Sequence record: OR644643.1
Length of the DNA stretch: 64,000 bases
Strand: one strand, 5' to 3'
Source of the DNA: Klebsiella phage NU-KP11
Each line of letters opens with the position of its first letter. The stretch's first letter is position 1. Under the pieces are notes generated by a model, which had not been told where the DNA came from, made no database searches, and was given only the letters and a program-made list of their open reading frames with translations. Shown piece after piece: positions 17,533-27,089 of the stretch. Position numbers and translations under genes: made by a program.

Positions 17533-18686
17533 TTATATTGTTCAGGAATGAACTGGTCGTAATTTTTAACCATCATTTCAATGATGCGGTCGACCAGTTT
17601 TTGCGGATCGGTTTCTTCGAAATACTTCATAAGAGGCCCGAAGATGATCCGACCGTCGTTTGACAAATCCGCGCTTAGACTGATAGCAAAATCTTTACGC
17701 GATTTCCCTTTGTTATCTTCAATAGCTTTGAATGCTTTTGCACTCAAACGATTGAGACTATCAAGGAAAAGTTTTTCGAAATCGTCAATCTTTTTCAGAG
17801 AGACCAGATCCGAACTGAATAGCTGTTTCAGGTCATCGACCGTATTCTCAACAATATTTAGGAAAAGATCCTTATTGTTGGTGATGCTATCTTTTGTGCG
17901 ATGCAGGTTGACATACCAGTTTGTTTTGATTTTTACAAACCCTTTCGTTGTCAGAACAACATAGCCTTCGAATCCTTCATTCTGATATGCTTCTTTTGCG
18001 AATGCATCCAGATCCAGTACTTCGATATTCTCACGCTTAACCAGATACGCACGTAACAGCGCGTCAGCAAAGAGTTCATCATAAGGGATGTATTCACCCG
18101 TGATGTTGTGACGAACGTTCAGGATACGCAGATCAGGAGAATCATAACCAACGACAATACGGTTTTTCGGGGAAACGTATTCCATGTTCACCGTATAGTT
18201 TTCTTTAGCGATCTCAGTTAAGCGGGTCAGCAATTCACGATTTGCCATTAACACGCTGTGCGCATCCATAGCTTGTTCTGATTTAACCGAACCTTTAGAC
18301 TTGACCGCCAGAAATCCACCGTCAAGGAAAGTTGAGATCAAGGAACCATCTTCTTTAATCATCACGTCTAAAACTTCGCCTAATTCAATAGGAGACTCGT
18401 TAAGCGCTTCCCATGCCTTTACCTCGGCATAGTTAAAAAACTTCTCCATAGGGCGGCTGATGATTGATACGGGGGTATCTCCATCCATTTCAAACATGAT
18501 ACCGCGACATTCCAGAGCACCAGGCTTTAGCCAGTCTGTATATGAGGCCATGCGATAGTTAAAGATTCTAACAGGTGTACCCATCACGGTTACTTGATCA
18601 ACGAAGAAAAATGTTTCGGATTCACCACACAACTGCATGAGTTGTTTGTAAAGGGTATTGATAATTTTAGTTTGTGCCTTTGTCAT
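17529..18686 (-). CDS. rnlA: RNA ligase 1
   Basis: [37 protein letters not shown] aligns with T4 Rnl1 [37 protein letters not shown]. Confidence 0.9.
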   Translation of the reverse strand: [385 protein letters not shown]

Positions 18687-19032
18687 AGTGCTGTTTATTC
18701 CATTCAGGGTTGTATTTTCGTATCATGTTGATTTCATAATCATGATATGTATTTTCATCGTGAGTAGTCACGATAAGTTTCACAGTTTTTCGTTTTTTGA
18801 TAGCCATTTCCAATCGACACGTTTTTAAGATGTTACTGGGGTTGGCTTCTCTCCAATACTTTGCATTGCGATATGTGTCTAAACGCTTCCACATATCCCT
18901 ACACTTACCAACATATACTATTTCATCGTTAATTGCAATAAAATAAACACAATGCCTAAGTTCACCACACTTAACAAAACTTCGATCGATGCGACCACAT
19001 TTATCAAGGGTTAAGTTGAATTCAGATTTCAT
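18667..19032 (-). CDS. denA: Endonuclease II (GIY-YIG)
   Basis: CVYFIAINDEIVYVGKCRDMWKRLDTYR aligns with T4 DenA NVIYAIAINDELVYIGKTKNLRKRINYYR. The C-terminal KYNPEWNKQH matches LFNPPWNIQH. Its position relative to rnlA and nrdB is as in T4. Confidence 0.8.
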   Translation of the reverse strand: MKSEFNLTLDKCGRIDRSFVKCGELRHCVYFIAINDEIVYVGKCRDMWKRLDTYRNAKYWREANPSNILKTCRLEMAIKKRKTVKLIVTTHDENTYHDYEINMIRKYNPEWNKQHYDKGTN

Positions 19033-19035
19033 ACA

Positions 19036-19365
19036 TTATATATCCAAAAAGTCAAGTGATCTTTTCTTACCACACAAAACATTAACCACATGCGCGATGT
19101 AATCACCGTGACAGGGAAGAGGCGCACAGGTACAACCAAGCCTCTTTCCATCAAGTTCTTTCAATTCTTCAATCGTGATCGCCCCAGTACGAACCTGATT
19201 CTGGAACCAGGGGATAAACGCTAAAATGTTTTCTCCCCTGGTTCCTGTGTGATAAGGGTTGCCGAACTTCGTACCTCTTTGAATATCGACATCCCAATCA
19301 GTTTTGTACTTGTTTACTACCCGACAATCACGCGTATTTGCTGGCCCATTTTGCATACGCTTCAT
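19036..19365 (-). CDS. DUF4326-like protein
   Basis: Motifs TKFGNPY and LGCTCAPLPCHGDY match what I remember of the DUF4326 signature. The first ATG follows a GTG. Its 5' end overlaps the nrdB 3' end by about 38 nt. Confidence 0.5.
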   Translation of the reverse strand: MKRMQNGPANTRDCRVVNKYKTDWDVDIQRGTKFGNPYHTGTRGENILAFIPWFQNQVRTGAITIEELKELDGKRLGCTCAPLPCHGDYIAHVVNVLCGKKRSLDFLDI

Positions 19366-20503
19366 CACTGATTTCAGTATTCAGGTTTCCGACGAGGTAA
19401 GAACTTACTTCAACCTCTTGCGGGGCAACCTGTACGTTATCACTTTTGAGCCATTTATTCATCCACGGATACGGGTTAGGGATCGGGGTGAATGGCGAAT
19501 CAAGCCCTACCGCTCGCATACGCTGATCTGTAAGGTGTTCAATATAAGCGATAGTGCTTTTCAGCGATACACCTTCTACATCACCAACAGAGAATAAATG
19601 TTCAGCCCATTCTTTTTCCTGTTCATATACTTCCAGGAAGATAGCCGTTGCTTCTTTTTTCAGCCTACGGGAGATTTCAACCATTTCTGGATCATCTTTA
19701 CCCATTTGCCACAAACGGATTTTACTCTGAGTACCTTTCTGATGCAATGCTTCATCACGCGCAATCAGGCGCATAATTTTCGCGTTGCCTTCCATCTTGC
19801 CTTGTTCAGCAAAGTTAAAGGTGAAACTAAACGACACATAGAAACGGATCGCTTCCAGAGCGTTCACAGCGTGCATACACAGGTACAGAGCTTCTTTGCA
19901 CTTAGTGGCCTGTTTAGTGTATTGCTCGTTATAATACACGACAGCCGGATCATTTGGTTTATAGCCGCTAACCTGTTCCTGTAGCATCATGATGGTTTTC
20001 AGCTTATGACATTCATCAATCAGAGTATCATAATACCGTGTCATTGATGCGGAACGTTTCATAATCGCTTCATTGCGAAGGATTTGGTCGAACTGTACAG
20101 AAGGATCAATGTGCAAGTTACGTTGAATATGCGTGTAACTACGGCTGTGGATGGTTTCACTAAACGCCCACGTTTCGATCCAGGTTTCCATACTCACATC
20201 GGATGCAATTGGCAAAAATGCGAGGTTAGGCCCACGTCCCTGAATGGTATCTAACAGGGTTTGATACTGTAGGTTAGAATCGAAAATGATTTTTTCATGT
20301 TCAGGAAGTTTTGCATACTGCATACGGTCAGTAGACAGATCGACTTCTTCCGGACGCCAGAAGAAAGAAAGCTGTTTTTGCGTCAGGCTTTCGAAAACTT
20401 TGTGTTTCTGCGATTCATAACGTGCAACACCAGTATCTTCACCAAAAAACATAGGTTGTTCTAAGTGGTTATGATCTGGGTTTGTATTCATTACTGTTAA
20501 CAT
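19328..20503 (-). CDS. nrdB: Ribonucleotide reductase beta subunit
   Basis: MNTNPDHNHLEQPMFFGEDTGVARYESQKHKVFESLTQKQLSFFWRPEEVDL aligns with T4 NrdB. The start at MLTVMNTNP (20503) has an AAAGG SD just after the terminator hairpin at 20521-20534. The reading frame is continuous, with no intron. Confidence 0.88.
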   Translation of the reverse strand: MLTVMNTNPDHNHLEQPMFFGEDTGVARYESQKHKVFESLTQKQLSFFWRPEEVDLSTDRMQYAKLPEHEKIIFDSNLQYQTLLDTIQGRGPNLAFLPIASDVSMETWIETWAFSETIHSRSYTHIQRNLHIDPSVQFDQILRNEAIMKRSASMTRYYDTLIDECHKLKTIMMLQEQVSGYKPNDPAVVYYNEQYTKQATKCKEALYLCMHAVNALEAIRFYVSFSFTFNFAEQGKMEGNAKIMRLIARDEALHQKGTQSKIRLWQMGKDDPEMVEISRRLKKEATAIFLEVYEQEKEWAEHLFSVGDVEGVSLKSTIAYIEHLTDQRMRAVGLDSPFTPIPNPYPWMNKWLKSDNVQVAPQEVEVSSYLVGNLNTEISDEAYAKWASKYA

Positions 20504-20520
20504 GTCTTTACCTTTAAAAA

Positions 20521-20534
20521 GCCCCCGAAGGGGC
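20521..20534 (-). terminator. Hairpin plus U-run between nrdA and nrdB
   Basis: Minus strand reads GCCCCTTCGGGGGCTTTTTAAAGG, followed by the nrdB SD and ATG. It is probably an attenuating, partial terminator. Confidence 0.5.
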
Positions 20535-20539
20535 ATTAA

Positions 20540-22792
20540 TCAAATCTTACAACCCGCGCAATCTTCGGCGGCTTCTTCTTCATCACCAGCACCATCACGC
20601 GTATTATGATAGTACAGAGTTTTAACACCGTAGTAGTTAGCATACAGCAGATCATCAATGATGTCTTCTGTTTTAACTTTCCCGTCTTCATAGTTTGCCG
20701 GGTCATAATTGGTGTTTGCAGAAATAGACTGATCGACAAACTTCTGCATAACTGCTACATGAGACAGATACCCTTTGTTACCGCGTTTAGCCATATCCCA
20801 GAGCAGATCATAGAAATCAATCTGGTTATTCTGGTTAGGCACAACCTGGTTATAGTGTCCTTCTTTCGAAGATTTGATACTCACTAAACCGCGCGGAGGT
20901 TCGATCCCGTTGGTAGAGTTACTAACCTGTGAACTACTTTCACAAGGCATTAAAGCAGAAAGAGTAGAGTTGCGCAAGCCGTATTTCTTAATCTGACTAC
21001 GTAACCATTCCCAATCGCAATTATAAACAGGTGCTACCAGTTCATCAACGGTTTTGCAATACCAATCGATAGGCAGTAACCCGCGAGCGTATTTGGTATC
21101 GTTGTACAATCCACATGCACCACGTTCTTTCGCCAGTTCCATAGAAGCAACGAGAAGGTTAAACTGAAACGCTTCCATTAGCTCATGAACTTTGTCTGTA
21201 TACGCTTCTGAGTAGTCGCAATAGTTGCTCGCTAACCATGATGCATAGTTGGTGATACCAACACCCAGAGAACGGCGCTGTTTAGCTTTCAGAGCGGCTT
21301 TTACAGGGTAGTTCTGGTAATCCAGCAGGTTATCAAGCGCACGTACTGCAATACGCGTGAGTTTCGGGAATTCGCTGATATCAGCGTTATCCAGAACGAT
21401 AGCCATTAGCGTACACAATCCGATTTCACCAGCCATTTTATCATCGTCATCCAGCGGCGACGTTGGGATCGCAATCTCACAACACAGGTTAGACATACGA
21501 ACAGGAACCGTAAAACTACCCTGTTGGTTGACGTGATGAGTGTTGAAAATGTATTTGCGTCCTGTCTGTGCGCGTTCCTGTGCTAACAGTTGGAACAGGT
21601 CAACCGCTTTGATGCGTTTCTTACGAACAGTTGGATCTTTTTCCAGGCTTTCATACAGTTCTTCAAATGCAGTCTGATCAGCTTCATAGAACAGATCATA
21701 CAGACGATCGTTAGCAACATCCGGACTAAACAGCGTAATGTAATCACGATTCATTAAGCGTTTATACATCAACTGGTTAAGCTGTACACCATAATCAATA
21801 TGACGAACGCGGTTTTCTTCTACACCTTTGTTGTTCTTCAACACCAGAAGGTTTTCAACTTCCAGATGCCAGAAAGGATAATACAATGTTGCAGCACCAC
21901 CACGAACGCCACCCTGTGAACAGGATTTAACAGCGGTTTGGATATGTTTCCAGAAAGGAATCACACCAGTATGAACAGCTTCACCACCACGGATTTTAGA
22001 ACCCATTGCGCGAATATGTCCCGCGTTAACCCCAATACCAGCACGTTGTGAAATATACTTCACGATCGCAGAGGTTACAGCGTTAAGAGAACCAAGAGAA
22101 TCACCCGATTCAATTACTACACAACTGGAGAACTGGCGCGTAGGAGTACGTACACCCGCCATAATTGGAGTTGGTAGAGACAGTTTGCGATCGGAAATTG
22201 CGTTATAAAAATCAACGATATGCGTAACCTGTGCTAATCCAGTTTCTTCCTGATGCAGACACATCGCAATAAGCATAAACGCATACTGAGGGGTTTCAAA
22301 GATTTCGCCAGTATCGCGATCCTGAACCAGATATTTCCCGATTAACTGTTGGGAACCAGCATACGAAAATTCAAAATCCTTATCATGATCAATTGCACGT
22401 TCGAAAACTTGAATATCTTGCTTGCTGTATTTTTCCAGGATCTCTTTATCGTATTTCCCCGCTTCAACCATTTTAACGATGTGATCGTAGAACGGGATAG
22501 GATCGAACTGACCGTAAACGTCTTTACGCAATGCAAACATTTCAAGATTCGATGCTACGTATTGCCAATCCGGTTCTTTAACAGAAATATGATCTGCTGC
22601 ATACTTGATAGCGATACGTTGAATTTGTTTGGTAGTCATACCATCGCGTATCAGTTCTAATACATTTTCAAGGAATGCACGAACATCGATATTATGACCA
22701 TCACAGGCCCACTTGAGCACTTTGTATATTTTTTCTTTGTCAAACGGCTGGCGTACACCAGAGGATTTTACTACTACTTTAATGTCATTCAT
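20540..22792 (-). CDS. nrdA: Ribonucleotide reductase alpha subunit
   Basis: N-terminal ATP-cone (VVKSSGVRQPFDKEKI). 750 aa. C-terminal CAGCKI tail. Sits in the T4 order with nrdB. Confidence 0.9.
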   Translation of the reverse strand: MNDIKVVVKSSGVRQPFDKEKIYKVLKWACDGHNIDVRAFLENVLELIRDGMTTKQIQRIAIKYAADHISVKEPDWQYVASNLEMFALRKDVYGQFDPIPFYDHIVKMVEAGKYDKEILEKYSKQDIQVFERAIDHDKDFEFSYAGSQQLIGKYLVQDRDTGEIFETPQYAFMLIAMCLHQEETGLAQVTHIVDFYNAISDRKLSLPTPIMAGVRTPTRQFSSCVVIESGDSLGSLNAVTSAIVKYISQRAGIGVNAGHIRAMGSKIRGGEAVHTGVIPFWKHIQTAVKSCSQGGVRGGAATLYYPFWHLEVENLLVLKNNKGVEENRVRHIDYGVQLNQLMYKRLMNRDYITLFSPDVANDRLYDLFYEADQTAFEELYESLEKDPTVRKKRIKAVDLFQLLAQERAQTGRKYIFNTHHVNQQGSFTVPVRMSNLCCEIAIPTSPLDDDDKMAGEIGLCTLMAIVLDNADISEFPKLTRIAVRALDNLLDYQNYPVKAALKAKQRRSLGVGITNYASWLASNYCDYSEAYTDKVHELMEAFQFNLLVASMELAKERGACGLYNDTKYARGLLPIDWYCKTVDELVAPVYNCDWEWLRSQIKKYGLRNSTLSALMPCESSSQVSNSTNGIEPPRGLVSIKSSKEGHYNQVVPNQNNQIDFYDLLWDMAKRGNKGYLSHVAVMQKFVDQSISANTNYDPANYEDGKVKTEDIIDDLLYANYYGVKTLYYHNTRDGAGDEEEAAEDCAGCKI

Positions 22793-22813
22793 TCTCTTAC
22801 CTTGTTAAGAAAG

Positions 22814-22827
22814 GGGCCGAAGCCCCA
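22814..22827 (-). terminator. Hairpin plus short U-run between td and nrdA
   Basis: Minus strand reads GGGGCTTCGGCCCCTTTCTT. Confidence 0.45.
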
Positions 22828-22831
22828 TTTT

Positions 22832-23707
22832 TCATACTGCCATTTCAGCTTTTAGAGAGCCGTGATTATGATACCCTTCTAAGGTTATCGAGTCAAAGAA
22901 TTCTTGATCTAAATCAAGTAAGCTATTTACCTTCGGCATTTTTAGAATCGGTAATGGCATTGGTGAACGGTTAGGCTGTAAAAGTTCTTTTGCCTGTTCA
23001 ACCGCATTTTTATAGATATGGACATCACCACCAGTCCAAACCAGATCGCCCACTTCGTACCCGCAAATATCAGCGATAATATGCGTCAGGAGAGCATAGG
23101 AGGCGATATTGAACGGCAACCCTAAGAAGACATCAACTGAACGCTGATACCACTGTAGAGACAGTTTACCGTTGATTACAACGAACTGGAAGAAACAGTG
23201 ACACGGACGCAACGCCATATCATCAAGATCAACAGGGTTCCAGGCAGAAACGATGATCCCGCGATCGTCTGGGGTTGATTTCAGTTGTTCAATGACTTTT
23301 GCGATCTGATCAACACCACTACCGCCATAATAACTATCATCATCCCCATAAAGAGAACCAAATGAACGCCATTGATGACCATAGATTGGCCCCAGATAAC
23401 CATCTTCATAGCCTAAATCAATAGCTTGTTTCTCATAGTTATCGTCCCAGATCGTGCGCTTATCGCTATTTTCACCCCAGGTCATCCGGCGAAGTTCTTC
23501 GACATTAGTCGAACCGGACAGGAACCATTGCAATTCATGCTTGCACGGCTTGAAGAACAGTTTTTTACAGGTAGTTGCGGGGAAACCTCTGTTTAGATCC
23601 CATCGGGCTTGTGCGCCGAAAATACGAATAGTACCTACACCAGTGCGATCGGTTGATTCAACACCGTTATCAAGTACAAGTTTAATAATATCCAGATACT
23701 GTTTCAT
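22832..23707 (-). CDS. td: Thymidylate synthase
   Basis: ThyA motifs are present (ALRPCHCFFQF, LGLPFNIASYALL). 291 aa with a continuous frame, so no group I intron. Confidence 0.9.
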   Translation of the reverse strand: MKQYLDIIKLVLDNGVESTDRTGVGTIRIFGAQARWDLNRGFPATTCKKLFFKPCKHELQWFLSGSTNVEELRRMTWGENSDKRTIWDDNYEKQAIDLGYEDGYLGPIYGHQWRSFGSLYGDDDSYYGGSGVDQIAKVIEQLKSTPDDRGIIVSAWNPVDLDDMALRPCHCFFQFVVINGKLSLQWYQRSVDVFLGLPFNIASYALLTHIIADICGYEVGDLVWTGGDVHIYKNAVEQAKELLQPNRSPMPLPILKMPKVNSLLDLDQEFFDSITLEGYHNHGSLKAEMAV

Positions 23708-23708
23708 T

Positions 23709-24299
23709 TTATACCTTTTTATATCGATCGACTACGATTTTTTCAATGCGTTCATGTTCTTTGATGTACTGAGTTTTGAAATCAGTAAATTCATATTTTA
23801 ACAATGCATCACCCAATTCAGAAGCAGTAAACGAAACATCGCGTTTAAATGCTGGGGCATTATATACATGATGTCCGTAAATGTGCGTCAAAACTACTTC
23901 ATCAACCATTTTATTATTGATTGAATCTAAAAGCAACCCCTTACCACCGATGACACATACATTTTTATCTGGGTGTGTTGCTTGCATTGTACCAATAGCA
24001 GCAGACAACCCGCCACCGTGGATCACATAATCAGCAACCTCTCCTTTTTTGGTTTTCAAAAAACTACCGGAACCAGACAGAACACAATGGATCCTACCAG
24101 GTAGTTTACCCGGAAGAGAGATAAACGTATTTGCACCCATGATCAAAACGCTATCGGCGGTTTCTTCTTTGAAGTTCTGTAAATCTTCTTTACAGTGGCC
24201 CCACGGCAAGCCTTGCTGATATCCAAAAGCGAAATCATCGTGGTAGATATCATGCCCCAGCGCAAACACCGCTTTTACTATGCTCATATTGCGATCCAC
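23709..24299 (-). CDS. frd: Dihydrofolate reductase
   Basis: DHFR motifs are present (GLPW, ... LIMGANTFISLPGKLPGR). It is adjacent to td, as in T4. Confidence 0.85.
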   Translation of the reverse strand: MDRNMSIVKAVFALGHDIYHDDFAFGYQQGLPWGHCKEDLQNFKEETADSVLIMGANTFISLPGKLPGRIHCVLSGSGSFLKTKKGEVADYVIHGGGLSAAIGTMQATHPDKNVCVIGGKGLLLDSINNKMVDEVVLTHIYGHHVYNAPAFKRDVSFTASELGDALLKYEFTDFKTQYIKEHERIEKIVVDRYKKV

Positions 24300-24541
24300 A
24301 TTTTGTTGTCTTCAACAGTTACAATATAGCCTAATGCTTCAATCATAACTTTCAGTTTTTCTTTGTACTTCTCATCATACCCGCGAATCTTCTCGAATTC
24401 AACAGAGAAAATACTACACCCCTGATATTTTGCATTGATCACGCGAGATTCAATATCAAAAATCATGATATCCAGAGGACACCAATCAACAGAGTGAAGT
24501 TTTTCGCGGGTTAGTAGTGTTGTGTTCTTAGGGAGTTTCAT
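24284..24541 (-). CDS. Hypothetical protein (frd.x position)
   Basis: 85-aa ORF coupled to frd. Confidence 0.4.
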   Translation of the reverse strand: MKLPKNTTLLTREKLHSVDWCPLDIMIFDIESRVINAKYQGCSIFSVEFEKIRGYDEKYKEKLKVMIEALGYIVTVEDNKMWIAI

Positions 24542-24768
24542 TCCGTTTCCTGTTCATTCAGCCATGATTCGATACGAGATAGTTCTTCATCTCGCGGGGT
24601 AAATCCATATGATGCGTCGATCATCCCAATCTGATCCCAAACATCAATTTCCAGGATCTCAGTCACTGGAGGATTTTGTGAGATATGGTCGCGACATACA
24701 GCAAGAGCGGTATTGATGGATTGTGTGACAGTCAGAGTGTCACCCTGTACAGATACTTGAATAATCAT
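24538..24768 (-). CDS. Hypothetical protein
   Basis: 76-aa ORF. Confidence 0.4.
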   Translation of the reverse strand: MIIQVSVQGDTLTVTQSINTALAVCRDHISQNPPVTEILEIDVWDQIGMIDASYGFTPRDEELSRIESWLNEQETE

Positions 24769-25100
24769 TCAGAACTCCATGCATTTTTCAAAGTAAATCT
24801 TTGTTGGGAATTAATAATCGTAGCGCGAATAACAGCAAGTTTCATTTCTTCAAATTTATTTCGCGTCATATACAAACCAATCAAAGGAAAATAGAGCCTT
24901 TCCCATTTGTAAGTGTCGCTTACTTCTTTAACAGCATTGATTAAAATCTCAGCCATTTGAAAATCGGTAGGAGGAACCCAACCAAGATTAATATAAATCC
25001 GTTTTTGTGTACCTTCTTTCAGATTTTCCAAACGTAACCATGTTGGACAACTCATAATATTTTCCTCAAATAAAAAGGGAACTGCGTTAACAGTTCCCAT
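24765..25100 (-). CDS. Hypothetical protein
   Basis: 111-aa ORF with a GAGGAAAA SD, directly after a terminator hairpin. Confidence 0.45.
   Translation of the reverse strand: MGTVNAVPFLFEENIMSCPTWLRLENLKEGTQKRIYINLGWVPPTDFQMAEILINAVKEVSDTYKWERLYFPLIGLYMTRNKFEEMKLAVIRATIINSQQRFTLKNAWSSE
25078..25099 (-). terminator. Intrinsic terminator downstream of the J-domain gene
   Basis: Minus strand reads GGGAACTGTTAACGCAGTTCCCTTTTTATTTG. Confidence 0.55.
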
Positions 25101-25114
25101 TATAGTTCATTTGA

Positions 25115-26824
25115 TTAGTAAGTCAAGCGCCACAATTGAATTGCTGCATCAACTTCCTTCTTGATATCTTCCGGAGTGTCTTTGCGCTGTGCTTTGACTA
25201 ACATAGTCATCATTTTACGAATAGTGTTGTTCATATTCGCTTTCTCACGTGCTGCATGAACAGCCTGTGATTTTTCCACTTCCGGTGTATCTTTCTTAGC
25301 CGCCTGTGGTTTGGTAGGCTGTGCGCCGATTTCGTCTTTCTGTTTAGGTGCTTTTTGCTCTGCTTCCTTCTTCACATGAGGCGCGGAGAATTTACCCGCT
25401 TTGAAGTTAGAATTCATTTGATCTAAAGCGCTCTTAACAGTGTTCCAGTCAGAGATCCCGCGTAAAGATTTCAGAGTATCAGTGAGCAGGCTAATGCTTG
25501 CGCCTTTGGTATCTTCTGCGATATCGATTCCTTTCAACCACTCAATGTGTTTCTGACCAGAGTACGTGAAATTAAAGCTACTGAATGAGTAGTATGCTTT
25601 ACGGTTTACAACAATACGCTTGAAGTTGATAGTAACACCAGCGCCGTTATCAAATTCAACATAACCGCTGGTAGGCATTACACGAGCACCAATATCTTTT
25701 AGTGCTGCGAAGTATTCCTCTTTACCGATACGATTAACAGTGCGTTTTGGCTTCTCTTCTGGTTTTGGTGCGGCTTCCTGAGCAGCTACACGTTTAACAA
25801 AAGATGCTGAACGATGTCCCGCCGCAAACTCTGCGTTCATCTTATCGATCGCGTTCACAACTCCTTGAACACTCGGTTTCAGTTTCTGCAACTCTTTGAA
25901 CGTATCAACGATCATATCCAGGCAAGCGCCGTCCTCATCTTCGAACATTGTTCCGCGAAGTTGTGCAGCCGGACGATACTTAGATACAGCAGGATCATAC
26001 ACCGCGCTAAACACATAAGCACCTTTGCGCATGAATACGTGACGATAGAAACGAACTTTCAGTGTACCAACTTCAACAAAGATATCGTTTCCGCTAATGT
26101 CAGCGCCTAACAGCTTACGGAATGATGCCAGGTAATCAGCACGTTTGTACTTGATATTTTTCTGTACAGGGCTGAAAATGCTTTCCAGTTTTTTAGACGG
26201 GAACAGGCTTTCCGGAGTGATCTTATCTGGGTTTTTGCCCCATTGATAATCACGGCTTGCCATTTTATGTTTTTTAGTTCCAACCAGTACAAAGGTACTA
26301 ACAGAAACGCTACCCAGTGCAGATGAATCCGGAGCGGCTAACCCTTGTCCATTCGGAGGGGTGCAGTTGAAACCGAAATCAAAGTAAGCATCACCAGAAG
26401 TGAAACGGAACGAAGCATAAACACCGTGACTACCTTTTGTTACTTCCTGTTTGAAAGTGGTAGGCAATCCAGTGTATTTGGTGAAGTATTCCGCAAATTC
26501 CTGTGCGTTAAATTTGGTGCTGAAATAGTTTTTCGCCACTACAAAGTAAGCATCAACTTTTTCTTCCCATTCTTTCTTTTGACGTGCATAACGTGCGCGA
26601 ACGTCACCAGCAGTCTCAGAACGTGCGCCACTAGGCCCAGTTTTTGTAACGACGTCGTAAGCCTGGTTAATTTTCTGCATTAATTCATTGCTACCACCAC
26701 GGTCGGGGTGATTGCGTAAGGATGCACGTTTGAAGAGTCTGGACATTTCGGCGCTGGTTTCGCTACCAGTTGCGCCCAAAACTTTCAGTGCTTCCTGATA
26801 AGTCATTTTGGATTCGGTGATCAT
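25115..26824 (-). CDS. J-domain (DnaJ-like) protein with two tandem ~150-aa internal repeats
   Basis: N-terminal MTYQEALKVLG...RLFKRASLRNHPDRGGSNELMQKINQAYDVV is a J domain carrying the HPD motif. Residues roughly 190-345 and 350-500 are clear duplicates (ADYLASFRKLLGA/EEYFAALKDIGA, RKGAYVFSAVYD/NRKAYYSFSSFN, AIDKMNAEFAAG/ALDQMNSNFKAG). GAGGAA SD. Terminator hairpins flank it on both sides. Confidence 0.75.
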   Translation of the reverse strand: MITESKMTYQEALKVLGATGSETSAEMSRLFKRASLRNHPDRGGSNELMQKINQAYDVVTKTGPSGARSETAGDVRARYARQKKEWEEKVDAYFVVAKNYFSTKFNAQEFAEYFTKYTGLPTTFKQEVTKGSHGVYASFRFTSGDAYFDFGFNCTPPNGQGLAAPDSSALGSVSVSTFVLVGTKKHKMASRDYQWGKNPDKITPESLFPSKKLESIFSPVQKNIKYKRADYLASFRKLLGADISGNDIFVEVGTLKVRFYRHVFMRKGAYVFSAVYDPAVSKYRPAAQLRGTMFEDEDGACLDMIVDTFKELQKLKPSVQGVVNAIDKMNAEFAAGHRSASFVKRVAAQEAAPKPEEKPKRTVNRIGKEEYFAALKDIGARVMPTSGYVEFDNGAGVTINFKRIVVNRKAYYSFSSFNFTYSGQKHIEWLKGIDIAEDTKGASISLLTDTLKSLRGISDWNTVKSALDQMNSNFKAGKFSAPHVKKEAEQKAPKQKDEIGAQPTKPQAAKKDTPEVEKSQAVHAAREKANMNNTIRKMMTMLVKAQRKDTPEDIKKEVDAAIQLWRLTY

Positions 26825-26848
26825 TTATTGTTCCTCAAATAAAAACAA

Positions 26849-26872
26849 AGCCCACGTTTCGTTACATGGGCT
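26849..26872 (-). terminator. Intrinsic terminator upstream of the J-domain gene
   Basis: Minus strand reads AGCCCATGTAACGAAACGTGGGCTTTGTTTTTATTTG. Confidence 0.5.
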
Positions 26873-26897
26873 ACTTTACTGTATTTATGGATTTCGG

Positions 26898-27089
26898 TCA
26901 ATAGATTTTTTCGAGGAACCAAACAGAACTTTTGTTGTTCTTGATTCGCGTCAACTCTATAGGATTATTTTTGAATGCTTCCTCAACATCTTTCATAGTA
27001 ACTATATGTTTTTCTTCAAGAAAATTGTTGTGGAGATAAAACCGCTCTATTTCCGGAGCGGTTTCTAATTCAAATTCTCTTTCTAACAT
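26898..27089 (-). CDS. Hypothetical protein
   Basis: 63-aa acidic ORF downstream of gene 46. Confidence 0.4.
   Translation of the reverse strand: MLEREFELETAPEIERFYLHNNFLEEKHIVTMKDVEEAFKNNPIELTRIKNNKSSVWFLEKIY

Noticed and set aside
20521-20536. nrdB start at the ORF-track position 20536
   Set aside because: The extension would be translated through the terminator hairpin. It lacks homology to the NrdB N-terminus. The ATG at 20503 has an SD and matches the T4 NrdB N-terminus.
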